The notes beneath the pieces are model-generated. The model had not been told where the DNA came from. It ran no database searches and saw nothing but the letters and a program-made list of their open reading frames with translations. Below are positions 25,231 through 37,501 of a DNA stretch of 64,000 nt, piece after piece. A program made the translations under genes and the position numbers. Each line of letters starts with the position of its first letter. The stretch's first letter is position 1. This stretch comes from Podarcis tiliguerta (lineage: Eukaryota), in NCBI GenBank assembly GCA_965153285.1, contig OZ229121.1; one strand, 5' to 3'.

Positions 25231-27020
25231 GTTTTATCATATGGAATTAGTGTCTTCTGAGAACAGAATTGCTCAAAAATGAGAAAACAATACTCATATG
25301 AACCTGATTTGAGATTTTACCTTCTAATGTACCCCTAAATTAAGAGGTGGATGACAAATAAATAGTTTTGAAATGAAAACACATTGTAAAATCCTTTGAT
25401 CAACTCAGTGTTTCAAAATATATTACTCCCAGGATTTTTCTTTACGTATATGAAAATTTGATTGCCTTTTTCCTGTTACTGATCAATGGCAGACATGATT
25501 ATCTATATGCAAGTTGATATAAAAATGTAATATCTGAAAACATATTTACTGCCAGCAACAAACCCTCTTAACTAGTTTTCTCCACAAGGGTTATGATTTG
25601 GTTTCAGTGTGAATATTACTACAAGGACCGCAGTTTCTGAAAGGAAATTCTTCCCTTTGCTTTCTTGTACCAGTTTTATGATGGTCATGAATTACTAAGA
25701 TAAATTCAACAATATTACTGGTATACCTTTCTACAAAAAGATTTTTGTGGTAAATAAGCAATGGAAGCTTTCTAAATATTATTTTATGTATTGTGATAAA
25801 AGATGGAGTGAAAGTCAGCATGCCAGCTATGGTTTTAGCCCTAAATTTGTGGGAGGAAGGACATAATTTCAGCTCATCAGAAACAATTAAATCGTAATTT
25901 GAAATTAGTGCTTTTAATAAAGAAAGGTACAAGAATTCAATGACTTAGGCTGCAATTCGATACCAACCTATCTAGCAGTAAAGTTCACTGAATTCACTTA
26001 GGGCTTTTTTCAGAGTAGACATATGTAAGAATGTGTTACATGAGCAAATGATATGTTTTTGAATTTGCTTTTTTATTATATATTCTGTTGTGTTTAAATC
26101 ACACTATTAGCTATCCTGTGCTCTTGATCGGAAGACAGCATATAAAAACGAATAATTAATGTCTGAATGAATGAACAAATTCACCACACTTTCTGCCTGA
26201 TCATTTTGTTCTCCCTATTATGTTTTATGAAGAAAGAAAACTGAGGAAAGCTATAGCAACCTAATCCTGCCCACGTCTGGCTAGACCTAACACTATTGTT
26301 TCACAGCCTAGCTATCTGTATTTATATTCACATATGTTTCACATTTACTGGAATCTGAAGCAGAGATATTTACCAACTGAAGTACCCCTAAGCCTTTAGC
26401 AAAGAGCAAGCAATAATAATAATAATAATATTACTTGGCTACAGAAACAGATGCACTTGCTCCCCTTGGGATAGAGATATGTAAAACATATTACACCTGC
26501 ATTTTTTAGGCATACTTTTACTTGCACTCTTCCTCAGCTCCCTTCTAATGTGAAGGTTTTTTTTCACAGTCCCTGAAGGCAAACAATGTTTGCAAAAGAA
26601 TTTTTAAGGTGAAACCAAAGATGTGAGTATGCAAATGGTAGAATTTTATAGGACCACAAACAGTGCTTTAGCAGTACCTCAAGCACTATCTCAAAAAAAA
26701 TCATCACTGCATTCAACTTTCAACCCCTGAGTGTCTGCAAATCTTTAAACACCTCTACAGAATGTTTTGTGACTCTATCCTCAGGGTGTCTAGAGTAATA
26801 AACTTCTGACCCATTTACAGGCATGCACTGAATATTGTGAACGGAAAAGCATGCACACATTTTCATAGAAAACCAAAGGTACAGAGGATAAAAACTGTCT
26901 ACATTTCAAAACACCTACTTTTACTCCTTTTCAACATTGTTAATAAATCAGACTTTCTCAATACTTGGAAAGAAATTAAGTTACTGTGGAAATGGGAAAA
27001 CTATTAAAATGAATAATAAA

Positions 27021-27045
27021 CCCGGTCAGATGGGTGGGGTACAAA

Positions 27046-27076
<31 letters not shown>
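27021..27076 (+). repeat. (ATT)10 microsatellite attached to a ~25-bp LINE-like 3' terminus
   Basis: CCCGGTCAGATGGGTGGGGTACAAA then (ATT)10. The same terminus occurs at 8596-8630 and, inverted, at about 4080-4130. Confidence 0.8.
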
Positions 27077-27078
<2 letters not shown>

Positions 27079-27281
27079 CCTGAAGTGATAACGTAATCAG
27101 GTCAAACTTGTACTTCGTATCACTTTTACTTAATTTTATTTCATTCTATTTTATTTCATTACATTGTATTATACATATGTTTAACATTATTTTCCAATAA
27201 CATAGCAACAAAGTTGTGGTTTTTTTAAGTAATTGTAAATATGTGAGCAAACATGAGATGTTTCCAGTGTACACAAGTTAT

Positions 27282-27284
<3 letters not shown>

Positions 27285-27312
<28 letters not shown>
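27285..27312. repeat. (AT)14 microsatellite
   Basis: Read directly. Confidence 0.95.
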
Positions 27313-27320
<8 letters not shown>

Positions 27321-27368
27321 CACTCTGCACGCTACCCATTAAGGCTGCTGCAATGTCAAGCATTTACA

Positions 27369-27862
27369 TGACCGGTCATGTTGTTTGGATGCCTGATTAT
27401 CGTCTTCCAAAGCAACTACTCTATTCCCAACTTAAGAATGGAAAGTGTAATGCCAGTGGAGAACAAAAGAGGTTTGAAGATGCTCTCAAGGCAAGTATTT
27501 TTTTGAAAAATGCAGTATAAACACAGATAATTGGGAAACACAGGCCTACGAGCGCTCCAGTTGGAGACTAGCCTCTACCAAAGTCGTCATGGACTTTGAA
27601 GAAGCAAGAACTCAGGACAAAAGAGGGAAACGAGCTAAGAGAAAGGCAAGTTTGGCAAATCCTCACCGTGATCAACTCCCGCCCAGAAACCTATGTCCCT
27701 ACCATAGCTGTCAACTTTTCCCTTTTCTTGCAAGGAATCCTATTCAGAATAAGGGAATTCCCCTTTAAAAAAGGGAAACATTGACAGCTATGGTCCCCAC
27801 TGTGGAAGGACATGTGGATCCAGAACTGGCCTCCACAGTCACTTACAGACACACCATTAAGA
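27369..27862 (+). mobile_element. RTE-clade LINE 3' fragment, split by a hAT MITE
   Basis: GHVVWMPDYRLPKQLLYSQLKNGK....QKRFEDALK...DNWE..A.ERSSWR...FEEAR...KRAKRK...NLC|PHCGRTCGSRTGLHSHL: the typical RTE C-terminus with a CCHH finger, continuous across the insertion. Confidence 0.88.
27703..27792. mobile_element. 90-bp hAT-type MITE
   Basis: Perfect 12-bp TIR CATAGCTGTCAA / TTGACAGCTATG. 8-bp TSD GTCCCTAC (27695-27702) / GTCCCCAC (27793-27800). Confidence 0.88.
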
Positions 27863-28445
27863 CCAGCCCATTTGCACGATCAAGCCATGAGAACCCTCAG
27901 GTTCCTCCTTTCCTGTCACATACAGCAATTCCAACTTCTGCTTCCTGTTTGCAACTAGCCAGTTTTTTCATTGCAATACTGTACTGGATTCAAGAGCTTA
28001 TTGGGGGGCGGAACTGTGTGTGTAAGGGGGAAGATACAATATGTGCTTTCCAACCTTCTGGAGTCATGCTTCATAAAGAAGAGGTCTAAAAAGGATCAGT
28101 TTCTCCAGCAGACCAACATTTGCCTTGGTAGAATACAATATATGCAATGACTAGTTTTATTATACTTAATTAAGAGAGTAATGTTCTGCCGCATCGTTTC
28201 TTCTCTCGTCTCTAAACTAAATGAGATTCTCCCACCACTGAAAATGGCCTCAAGTTAATAATTAGCCTTTAATTTATTCCACTTGGCTTTGGCTTCTTTC
28301 TGCTCATTCTCTTCTTTGCCCCTTAGACCCTCTTCAGAAATTTCTACAGGATGTTGTTTTTAAACATGACTCATACAGTTTCCTGCCATGCATAATCTTG
28401 GTCATCACTGTACATGGGGTACTACACAGCAAGTTCTAATACTGC

Positions 28446-28703
28446 CGGGGCGCCAGTTCCTGGGGGTTGAGCCTTTTAGGGCCCCCTCAATATATTTTTT
28501 TGTGGGGGGGTTGGGCTCAGACACTCCATATCCCAAAAGTGCAGAGCCGAGCGCAGCATGGCTTCAGTGGCCAGCTCCTTCTCCCCCTCCTACACCTGCT
28601 GCAGAGGGAAAGGAAGGCTGAAGCAGCCCCCCACCAGTGGCGGTGCCAGGAGGAGACCAAGGAGGAACCACAGGCTTATTGCCCTCGGGAGCTGGCGCCT
28701 CGG
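28446..28703. mobile_element. GC-rich hAT-type non-autonomous element
   Basis: Imperfect ~20-bp TIR CGGGGCGCCAGTTCCTGGGGG / CCCTCGGGAGCTGGCGCCTCGG. TSD AATACTGC (28438-28445) / AACACTGC (28704-28711). Confidence 0.7.
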
Positions 28704-29852
28704 AACACTGCCCCTGCTGTATGCGTACAGAAATGTTCAATAGAACATGTACAAGTCAGCAACAAAAAAGGAACAATGAATCATAATAAATCAATTCTTT
28801 CATTTCAAGAAACAGGCTGAAATATTATTTGACTGTGTCATTTTGATATACGCAAGCGCATAAATTCACTGCGTAGGCTGCAAATCTGGTGTGGGGTGGG
28901 GGACATATTTTAGAAATACTGAGTACAATCCTATTATCACTTTGTGGGAAGTATTCCACCCACATGAAATCCCACTGACACTGAGAAGTCAAAGAGAGCT
29001 ATGTTAATACATCAGCTTGAATCCACAGAAATACAGTTACTCCTTTTGTGCTCTGCTCAATGGGCTTTGTGTATCACTCCAAGTCTTCTACAATCAAGGC
29101 AACATTACCTTGCTTTTAACGGCACTCTAAATTTAAAGTGTATGCAGAACAAAAGCACACGTTTTTACATCGCAAAATCAATCCAGTACATGGGTTACTT
29201 AGATCAATTTTAACATTTGAAAGACCAGGTTCTTGGTAAATTTGAGGCAACAGTAATTGCACATTGCCACCCACAAGCAATTTTGTCATTTCCTTATGTT
29301 TCCAGAGGGGCAAATGATTTCCTGTTTCACAAAGGTATCTCAGACAAGGTTGGTCTTGTAATGAATTAAGTGATATGCATAAGTGATCGTGGGGTGGTCA
29401 GTTTATATTGTGAATATGCAATCAGGCAATGCAATACTATTTTTTGTTAAGAGAAGTAATATTTTACATTATTGATCATAGTGCTATTACTTTTTTAAAA
29501 AAACAATTCTTTTTTTCTTCAAATTTAAACATTTAGAATGAGCTATACAAGAAGCTTTTTAAATAAAGGCATCTCCTCAGTGCCAAGCTTCTTTTTCGTT
29601 TGCTATTTTGTTAATGTTGTTAATATTGTTTTAAAGATTATAAATGTTGTGTGGATTTGTTAAACATATAATGTGACTTTTGCTTTGATTGTTATGTTCA
29701 GATTATTATTATTTTAGTTATTCCTTTGTTAACAGAGTTTTACAGACTGTGGGAGCAGCACGGGTCTTGAACTTGCCCATCAAGAAGTGCCTGGGTAGCA
29801 GACTCAGGAGGCACACAGGTAACCTGGTCTCAGTCTTCCCCACTATGTTATA

Positions 29853-30078
29853 TAGTGGTGCCTCGGGTTAAGAACTTAATTCGTTCTGGAGGTCCGTTCT
29901 TAACCTGAAACTGTTCTTAACCTGAAGTACCACTTTAGCTAATGGGGCCTCCCGCTGTCGCTGCGCCGCCGGAGCACGATTTCTGTTCTCATCCTGAAGC
30001 AAAGTTCTTAACCCAAGGTACTACTTCCGGGTTAACGGCATCTGTAACCTGAAGCGTCTGTGACCCAAGGTATCATTG
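29853..30078 (+). mobile_element. Tigger/pogo-like MITE, family A (orientation arbitrary)
   Basis: TA|TAGTGGTGCCTCGGGTTAAGAAC ... ACCCAAGGTATCATTG|TA, with internal TTCTTAACCTGAA repeats. Confidence 0.88.
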
Positions 30079-30234
30079 TACTGTATTTCTGTCTAAATGA
30101 TAGTGATTATTTCTACATTTGCATCTATTCATAAAAATTAGCATATGCACATTTTATGCAAATTTGTGCCCTCGTTTGGAGGGTATTCATTTCATCTTTT
30201 GGGAACTCTAAATTACAGTCTGGTGCAGCTTCCC

Positions 30235-30262
30235 GTGTGTGTGTGTGTGTGTGTGTGTGTGT
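30235..30262. repeat. (GT)14 microsatellite
   Basis: Read directly. Confidence 0.95.
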
Positions 30263-30467
30263 TTAAAACCAATAGCAGTTTCAGGAGGCAACTGGGTGGG
30301 GAAGAACGGCTTAATCCATTTCCATCAGGGCATATTTCCACAGGGGGGAGGGAGCTGCTGGGGTGCGTGGGTCAAGGTTTCACTTGCCTTAAGGCAGCTT
30401 CCTATGTTCCTAAATATTAAGCATAGCCAAAGGGAGGCCACACAACCTGTCAAATCCTTTCAGATGC

Positions 30468-30645
30468 ACTATGAGACCCAGGTACAAATCTCCACTTGGT
30501 CATAGTGTTTGCTGGACTATCCTGAGCCAGTCACTGTCTCTCAGCATAACTGATGTCACAGGGCTGTTGTGAGGTTAAAATGAAAGAGAGGGGACCATGT
30601 ATGCTGTGCCTGCGGTTCTTCGCAGGCAAAGCAAAATACAAATGG
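30468..30645 (+). mobile_element. Degraded squamate tRNA/CORE-type SINE (Squam3/MIR-like)
   Basis: GAGACCCAGGTACAAATCTCCACTTGG (B-box remnant) ... CCAGTCACTGTCTCTCAGC ... CACAGGGCTGTTGTGAGGTTAAAATG. Family name from recognition only. Confidence 0.65.
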
Positions 30646-31390
30646 GTATACCTAAATGTATTAGTATCAGTAGTAGTACATAATAATATATTGAGAGGTG
30701 GGGACATTCAAGCAGAGCAGCGCAAGCTAGGAGTGCAGACACCAGCTAGCAAAATGGCATGGCCACTCCATGTCAGCTGAGAGGTATTAATATCCTTTGC
30801 TTTGCAATTCTTTTCCTTGGCAAGAACTAGAGATTGGGAACAGACTCTGGTACAGGGGCACTTCTGCACCATAGATTTACACTGGTTTAATAGACAAACA
30901 CTCTTTCCAGGAAGAATTGCAGGCTTTTTTGCAGGTTGGGGCAGGGGGTCAATCTTACACAGAGAATTCTCAGCTTGTCACCAAATTTCAATTCCCAGGA
31001 TTCACTGGGGAAGGCATGACAGTTAAAGTGGAATAAAACCAATGCACTAATATGCATTTTTAGAGCAGATGAATCCACAGTGTTGGAAACTTGAGAGACT
31101 TCTTGTTCACAGACTTCTCCCTGACAACTAAATTATACATCACATTAATTATACTCTTGCCACATACAAAAATGCTCTTATTTTCCACAATTTATATCTT
31201 CCATATTTTTCATCCTCCCTCCATTAACTTTATCATATCAGCACTCTTACTTCTTCTTTTTTGAGATCTTCATTCTATTTAAGCTAAGCATAATTACAGG
31301 AAATAGTAGAATACCTAATCCTTCCACATTTTTTACAAGAAAAGACTGGTATTAAACCCAGTTTATGGCATAAACTCCATGGTGCTTTCT

Positions 31391-31430
<40 letters not shown>
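31391..31430. repeat. (AGAA)10 microsatellite
   Basis: Read directly. Confidence 0.95.
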
Positions 31431-31432
<2 letters not shown>

Positions 31433-31850
31433 GAAGGAGACAGGTTCCATCTGCTAGGATTTCAATCAATTACTTTAGCTTTGGCAATGCACAAATATTT
31501 GCTTCATTTTTAATTTATAGCTTACATCTAATACGTTTCCAAATTTAGTCAGTGATATATTGAAACTGGATATTTTTTGTCAGTTACATTAGTGCAGTGA
31601 AGTGTTGGCTCCTATTTCTGTATATAGAGCTATGTAAGCTGCCCAGGGTAATGTTTTCAGCCAGTAAGTTTGGGGCAAGTCAATAAATGTTGACTTGATG
31701 TGACTTGAACTGGCATCTAAATCAAGGTCAGGAGCAGCATTCAGAGTACTCATATCCAGGCTGTCAGACTCACCATGTAAGAGCCCATTTTCATTTGTGT
31801 TTGGCTTAACCGAGCTGCTCTTTCCAAAACACAAAAATCTAAATACAGTA

Positions 31851-31854
<4 letters not shown>

Positions 31855-31882
<28 letters not shown>
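31855..31882. repeat. (AC)14 microsatellite
   Basis: Read directly. Confidence 0.95.
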
Positions 31883-31888
<6 letters not shown>

Positions 31889-31996
31889 GTCACTTGCTCA
31901 AGTGAGGAATTAAAAATGTTTTCTGTCAATAAAATATTCTAGAAACCTGAGAGTGTTGACCAACTATTTTACTGAAGAGATGTTTAAATGATAAAT

Positions 31997-32131
31997 CAGG
32001 GTTTCCCAAACTTGGGTCTCCAGCTGTTTTAGGATTACAATTACCATCATCCCTGACCACTGGTCCTGCTAGCTAGGGGTGATGGGAGTTGTAGTCCAAA
32101 AACAGCTGAAGACCCAAGTTTTTGAACCCTG
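31997..32131. mobile_element. hAT-type palindromic MITE, same family as 4993-5128
   Basis: CAGGGTTTCCCAAACTTGGGTCTCCAGCTG...CCTGACCACTGGTCCTGCTAGCTAGGG...CAGCTGAAGACCCAAGTTT..AACCCTG. Confidence 0.85.
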
Positions 32132-32254
32132 CATTTGCTTACACAATGCCGTGTTCCATTATTTTTAATTCTTACCCTTTCCCACCAGGGGCAAAGGGGC
32201 ACTGTGTGCTATCCAGAGCACTTGGATGCCTAGATGAAAAGAGGGAAGATTTAG

Positions 32255-32421
32255 ACAAGGCTAGTGGCACTGTCTACTACTTTTGACTGGCAGCAACTTC
32301 TCTAGGGCTCCCAGCAGAACTTGTTCTCCTCATCAGCTGTGCATCCATTTTAACTGGAGAAGCCGGGGACAGAACCTGGAACCTTCTGCATGCAAAAAAA
32401 TGTGCTCCACCACTGACTCCC
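32255..32421 (-). mobile_element. tRNA(Ala)-like SINE, degraded
   Basis: The reverse complement reads TCAGTGGTGGAGCACA...TTGCATGCAGAAGGTTCCAGGTTCTGTCCCCGGCTTCTCCA (tRNA-Ala-TGC-like head), followed by a TGCTGCCAGTC..GTAGACA body. Confidence 0.65.
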
Positions 32422-35400
32422 CAAATAGAGGAATCCCATGGGCTGGTATAAAAATGCACTTAGAGGAAGAGTGTGTGAGAAAGAAGTGCAGAGCAAAAAG
32501 GGTCATGAGTGGGAAGCCCCCCAGGATCAAGGCAGAAAGGACTAGAGAATCAGAAAACCATGCAGGCAGAAGCACAAGCCCTTCCTAAGCTCCCAAAAAA
32601 ATGAGTAAAATTCATTACTGTGTCATCAAAAGAAGTGCTAGGACAGAATTCTTGTGTCCTGACAGAAACATAATTAAAGAGTTTGAGACAGCTGCCTGGT
32701 GCTGTGTGCTCCTTATAAAGCAAGCAGGGATTTCCTTCCACCACTTGAAGTGTATAATTGCAATTCTCTAAGGAAAACACAGGAAGAAGTGCAATATAAA
32801 CTCTCTCTTTTTAACAGACGCATTTAAGACCTGAAAAATCTACGTTTATTTAACTGTGCTTTTCCTCGTTCATTGGTTAGCACTTCTGTGCCCAAAAGCA
32901 TAGATTTCCAAATATAAGGAAAGCAATAAAGTTTAATCTGCTATCTAATTACAGTAATGTTTTCCAAGATAATCTTTAAAGCAATTTGTAATGTTTGTGA
33001 GATAATCTGTAAAGCAACTGTGATTTACGTCATGACACTACTAGCGAGAGGCAGAGACTAAGAAATGCAACGGACATCACATTATAAACAACTTCAGATA
33101 TTTTTATAAGATTGCATCTGTCACACCTTGCCAGATGCTCTTCAGCAGAAGGGTGGCTGGAGAACTTTTACTTGGACCTTGACCACAAATCAAAAGTACA
33201 CAAAATCTAACAATTTTTAAAAATGGAACTTACTGATATTATGAGTAAAACCCACTTAAGTAACCCCCAAAAGCTCTTTCAGCCACCAGATAACCCAACA
33301 TTGCTAGCTCAGTTTTATATGGCAGCCAATTGTTTCCATTCAATTGCAACTGGCTTGCACAGAGTTTAGTACATCAGATCAACAGCTGCAGCAAAGGTTT
33401 AATGCTGCAGACGAAGCAGGTCTGATACAGCCCAGTTTGCATGTTACGCTAAGCCAAACCATAGCTGAGCATTAATGAGCAAGCATGTGAGTGCCACAGA
33501 GCAAAAACTGTGGGCATTTCATTCCTCCCTCTGTCCCGCTACTGCCAGGAGCTAAGCTGTGGTCTGGGCTTCACATCGAGTACAAACTTGATGGTCTGTT
33601 TCTCTTAAACATACCATAAGCAGTAATCCAAGAACGAACCTTGGCTACAACTTGAGGATTGTGCTTGGAGAGGACATCTAACTGCAGCCCTAATAGAATA
33701 CATACCAGAGTACCACTCCCACTTCCCACTCCAGTCACACTAACCAAACATCTAAAGGCGAAACAAAAACCCAACCCTGACAGTGAGCCCCCCAAATGCC
33801 TATACTAGGGCTGCAGAATCTGTGGCCCTCCAGAGGTTGCTGGAGTATGTCATCTCTGACCAGGCTGGCTGGAGCCAACGAGAGTCATGAGCCCCAAAGG
33901 ATCCCAACCCCATCCTATACTAACCAATAGCAAGTCCCACACGGAGTAATCCCAGCCACTTAATCTGAAACTAAAGGTCCCCTGTGTGGATCTAAAGCTG
34001 AATGGAACAGCCCAATCACTATGAACAAAGAGCAGCTGCTCACTTAAAAATCCATTACTAAAAACAAAGGTTTAAATTTTCAAAATTGGGAATTGAAGTT
34101 TGGATAGTTATACTCTGAAAATGCAAGTGCTCTTTACAGAGAACTGCAAAGGGGACAACTCTGCATTCGAAAACGATTGCTTTCATTAATGCTGTGCTCC
34201 ATTTTGAGAATATAATGGTAAACTGGCAATCTCATTAGAATCTACCATGTGGAAAATGTTTGCTTATTCTAGTAAGCCAATTTTATATTGTTGCAGCACA
34301 TACAAGGAAAAACTGATTACATGGAACTATTGGTCTTTTCTGCAGGATAAAAAGGGTGGCGCTTTCTGAAGGAATTGACTAACACTCTTGCCTTCCTGAA
34401 TGAAGCCAAGGGGAGCTGAAAGAAAGACATGGACTCGCTTGTACTTGCACGAAGAAAATCAGGTATCATAGAAAACTACCAAGTGTCAAGATGCAAAAGA
34501 TGACACACAGTAGTGAACAATGAAAAGAACATCTTTCCATCATAAAGCGAGAAATGGAACTGAAGAGTATTATTAAACAGCAGGGCGTCATGGAAAAACC
34601 AAATTACTTGGACAAAATCCATGCATCTGCCAAGTGATCTGAGTAATGGATATAACTGTTGGGGGGGGGCCTCCTCAGATATTATCCCTCTGCCCTCATC
34701 ATTGTTTCTCAGGAATAGATATCAAGCTTGAACAGTTTCCCCGCCCTCGCTCTTTCACCGCAGAGAGAAGCAAACTGTCCCTGCCATCTCCATGTAGGGC
34801 TGCTTGAAACTCTGTAAAGTCACTGCAGTCAGTGATGAAAAAAAAATACTAAGCGAGATGAATCCATGTCCGAGTATAAAGACAGGCTCCTGCATTGCTA
34901 ATGTACAACAACCAAAGCAGGAAGACTTGTCTTTATTCAAAATGATGAATCTTTCCTGGCCCTAAACATTAATCCCTCTTTAAAGGACGGTTTAATGTCC
35001 CAGAAGTTAGGGGTGATCCTGCATTCTGCCACTTCCCCCAATAAAAACCCACTGTTTCCTGCTGAATCGGAACAAATGCCAACCCACAGATTGCCTGGTG
35101 TGGCAGTAAAAAGTACCAGGAAGAAGCAAAGCTGTGAGCTCCTCTCTAGGAAACAAACATTTCCATGGTCTCAGGAAGCCAAGTTTTAGCTTACTGTGCC
35201 ATGTGAACCATTTCATTCCAATAGTGCAAGAAGGATGCTGGTGTGGAAGGCAAACTGAAGACACAGCAATACGATCCAGCTGTTAACAAAATTCACAAAA
35301 TTTTAGCAGCGGTTTCCAAATTGCCTCAAGATCTGTCACATCAATACATTTGGTGGTGGGGGACGACGACAAGAACCACAAAAGCTATCCGTCCTTTAGG

Positions 35401-36620
35401 ATAGTTCTGTGCTTTGATTTACCCTTTAACAGACAGAATTTCAAACCTCTTAAATCTCAGAAAAGCAGGCCTGCAAAAAAAAATATCCTCACTATATTTT
35501 CTTATGCATGCTAATAATTCTCTTTGCCTTCAAGTACTAAATGTTTTTAATGAAAACCCTATGCATTTCTCTCTGAACTATCCATAATTCAGTACTCAGA
35601 GCGTTTCCATTAAAAATAAGAGGAGGTGGGGGAGGGGGAGAGAAATTTCAAGCAGGGGTCTTCCAAATGTGAATCGATGCTGCAGTAATAAAATTGGAAA
35701 AAGATAATTCTTCAAGAGAGCTTCTTTTGCTACGGCATTAGTAAACGTCATTAACAAAAACTAAGGCAATATTTAAAAACAAGTCTCTTGCTGTAGTAGA
35801 ATTAGTGAAACATGTTACAAAAACCTCACTAACTAGACAAAAATGCCTGCTTTTTGTTTGAAAAAAACAAAAAAGACTCTGAATCATAACAGCCAACCAG
35901 CGCACATGGTTGATGGGGATTGGAAAATGAGACATCTGTTAAATTTTCCTCTTTCTCTTCACCATGCAGTGTGTGGCCACATGCCTTAATAACTGCATCC
36001 TATCCAAACCCCTCACTGAATGTGAATTCATTTCCTCAGCAGCTTTTTCATGGCAGCCCACACCGTGAATCAGGAAGGCTTCTCGGTCACGAACACATCT
36101 TTGGAATATTCCTCTTACATTTTCCAGATGCAGAATGCAAACAAAAAGTGGGGAGAAAGAGAGAAGAGGCCAAATCAGGTGGGCCTCTGGCAAAGCTTGC
36201 TAACTGAACAATGCAAACGATGCACCTCAAGCTCAACATTTCTGGAGAGGCACATGAACATGTTGTTAACAATATGCAGGGTGACTGGGTGTGACAAACG
36301 ATTAACCTCTATGCAGTCCTTTCCCCCCACTGCACCCTCCTCTTAAACACCCAATGGTAAAGTAATACTGTGGAAGTTATCTCAGATAGGAACAAGTTGC
36401 CATGTTATGTAAAACAATACCTAAAATCTGTTTAATTGGAAATCATGACTTGACGTTTCACCATGTGGAAGCTGAGAGAGGGCATGCATTCAGTTGTGTG
36501 CAAATCCTGGAGAAACATAATCTTTTAGTGACTCCCTTCCGCCTTAGTATTTGCTGTAAGAATAAACTACATTTATTTTATACACCACATTCTTGCCTCC
36601 TATTTGTCTTTTCTCTAAAC

Positions 36621-36780
36621 GACAGTGGAACGGACTTCCTGGGAAGGTGATGGACTCTCTCCTGCATTGGAGGTTTCTATGCAGAGGTTGGATGGTCATA
36701 TGTCATGGATGCCTTAGTTGACATTCCTGCATTGCAGGGGGCTGGACTAGATGACCCTTACGGTCCCTTCCAACTCTACA
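36621..36780 (+). mobile_element. CR1 LINE 3' end fragment
   Basis: CAGTGGAAC..GGTGATGGACTCTC..GGAGGTTT..GAGGTTGGATGG..TTCCTGCATTGCAGGGGGCTGGACTAGATGACCCTTACGGTCCCTTCCAACTCTAC. Confidence 0.85.
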
Positions 36781-36825
36781 AGGTAACCTCAAGCAAGTTA
36801 CAATCATCTTCATTATAATGTTTTA

Positions 36826-37067
36826 CAGTGGTAACTCGGGTTAAGTACTTAAGTCGTTCCGGAGGTCTGTTCTTAACCTGAAACTGTTCTTAACCTGAAG
36901 CACCACTTTAGCTAATGGTGCCTCCCGCTGCTGCTGCCCCGCCAGAGCACAATCTCTGTTCTCATCCTAAAGCAAAGTTCTTAACCTAAGGTACTGCTTC
37001 TGGGTTAGCGGAGTCTGTAACCTGAAGCGTATGTAACCAGAAGCGTATGTAACCCAAGGTACCACTG
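36826..37067 (+). mobile_element. Tigger/pogo-like MITE, family A
   Basis: TA|CAGTGGTAACTCGGGTTA ... TAACCCAAGGTACCACTG|TA. Confidence 0.9.
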
Positions 37068-37355
37068 TACTTGCATTTATGACCAAGATCCAAACATTAT
37101 TGGGATTTATGATACAGGTATTTCCTGGCATGAGGAAGCAGTCCATTCTTACAGATTCAACATCTTCTACCATGGGTGCACAAGTAAACAACGCTGTCTG
37201 CTACTGGTTCAACTGTGGCTGCTGAATTCATGCTCTACGCAGGTATTGGTAACTTAACTGGTTTATTAATGGCTGAGCTTTTAACACAGGCTAGCAGCAA
37301 GGTTTTTCACTGGTTCAACAGAGAAGAGTCTGAAGGCTGAGTATTCTAGCTTGAA

Positions 37356-37501
37356 GCTGCATACACACCATATCTTTAAAGCACATTACTTATGCCAAAG
37401 AACCCTGGGAACAGTAGTTTGTTATGGGTGCTGGGGATTGTAGCTGTAAGAAGTGTAAACTAGTTTTCATGGGCCTTTAAATGTATGGTGTGCATGTAGG
37501 C
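37356..37501. mobile_element. Short member of the same fold-back family
   Basis: GCTGCATACACACCATATCTTTAAAG / CTTTAAATGTATGGTGTGCATGTAGGC; internal AAAGAACCCTGGGAACAGTAGTTTG. Confidence 0.65.
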
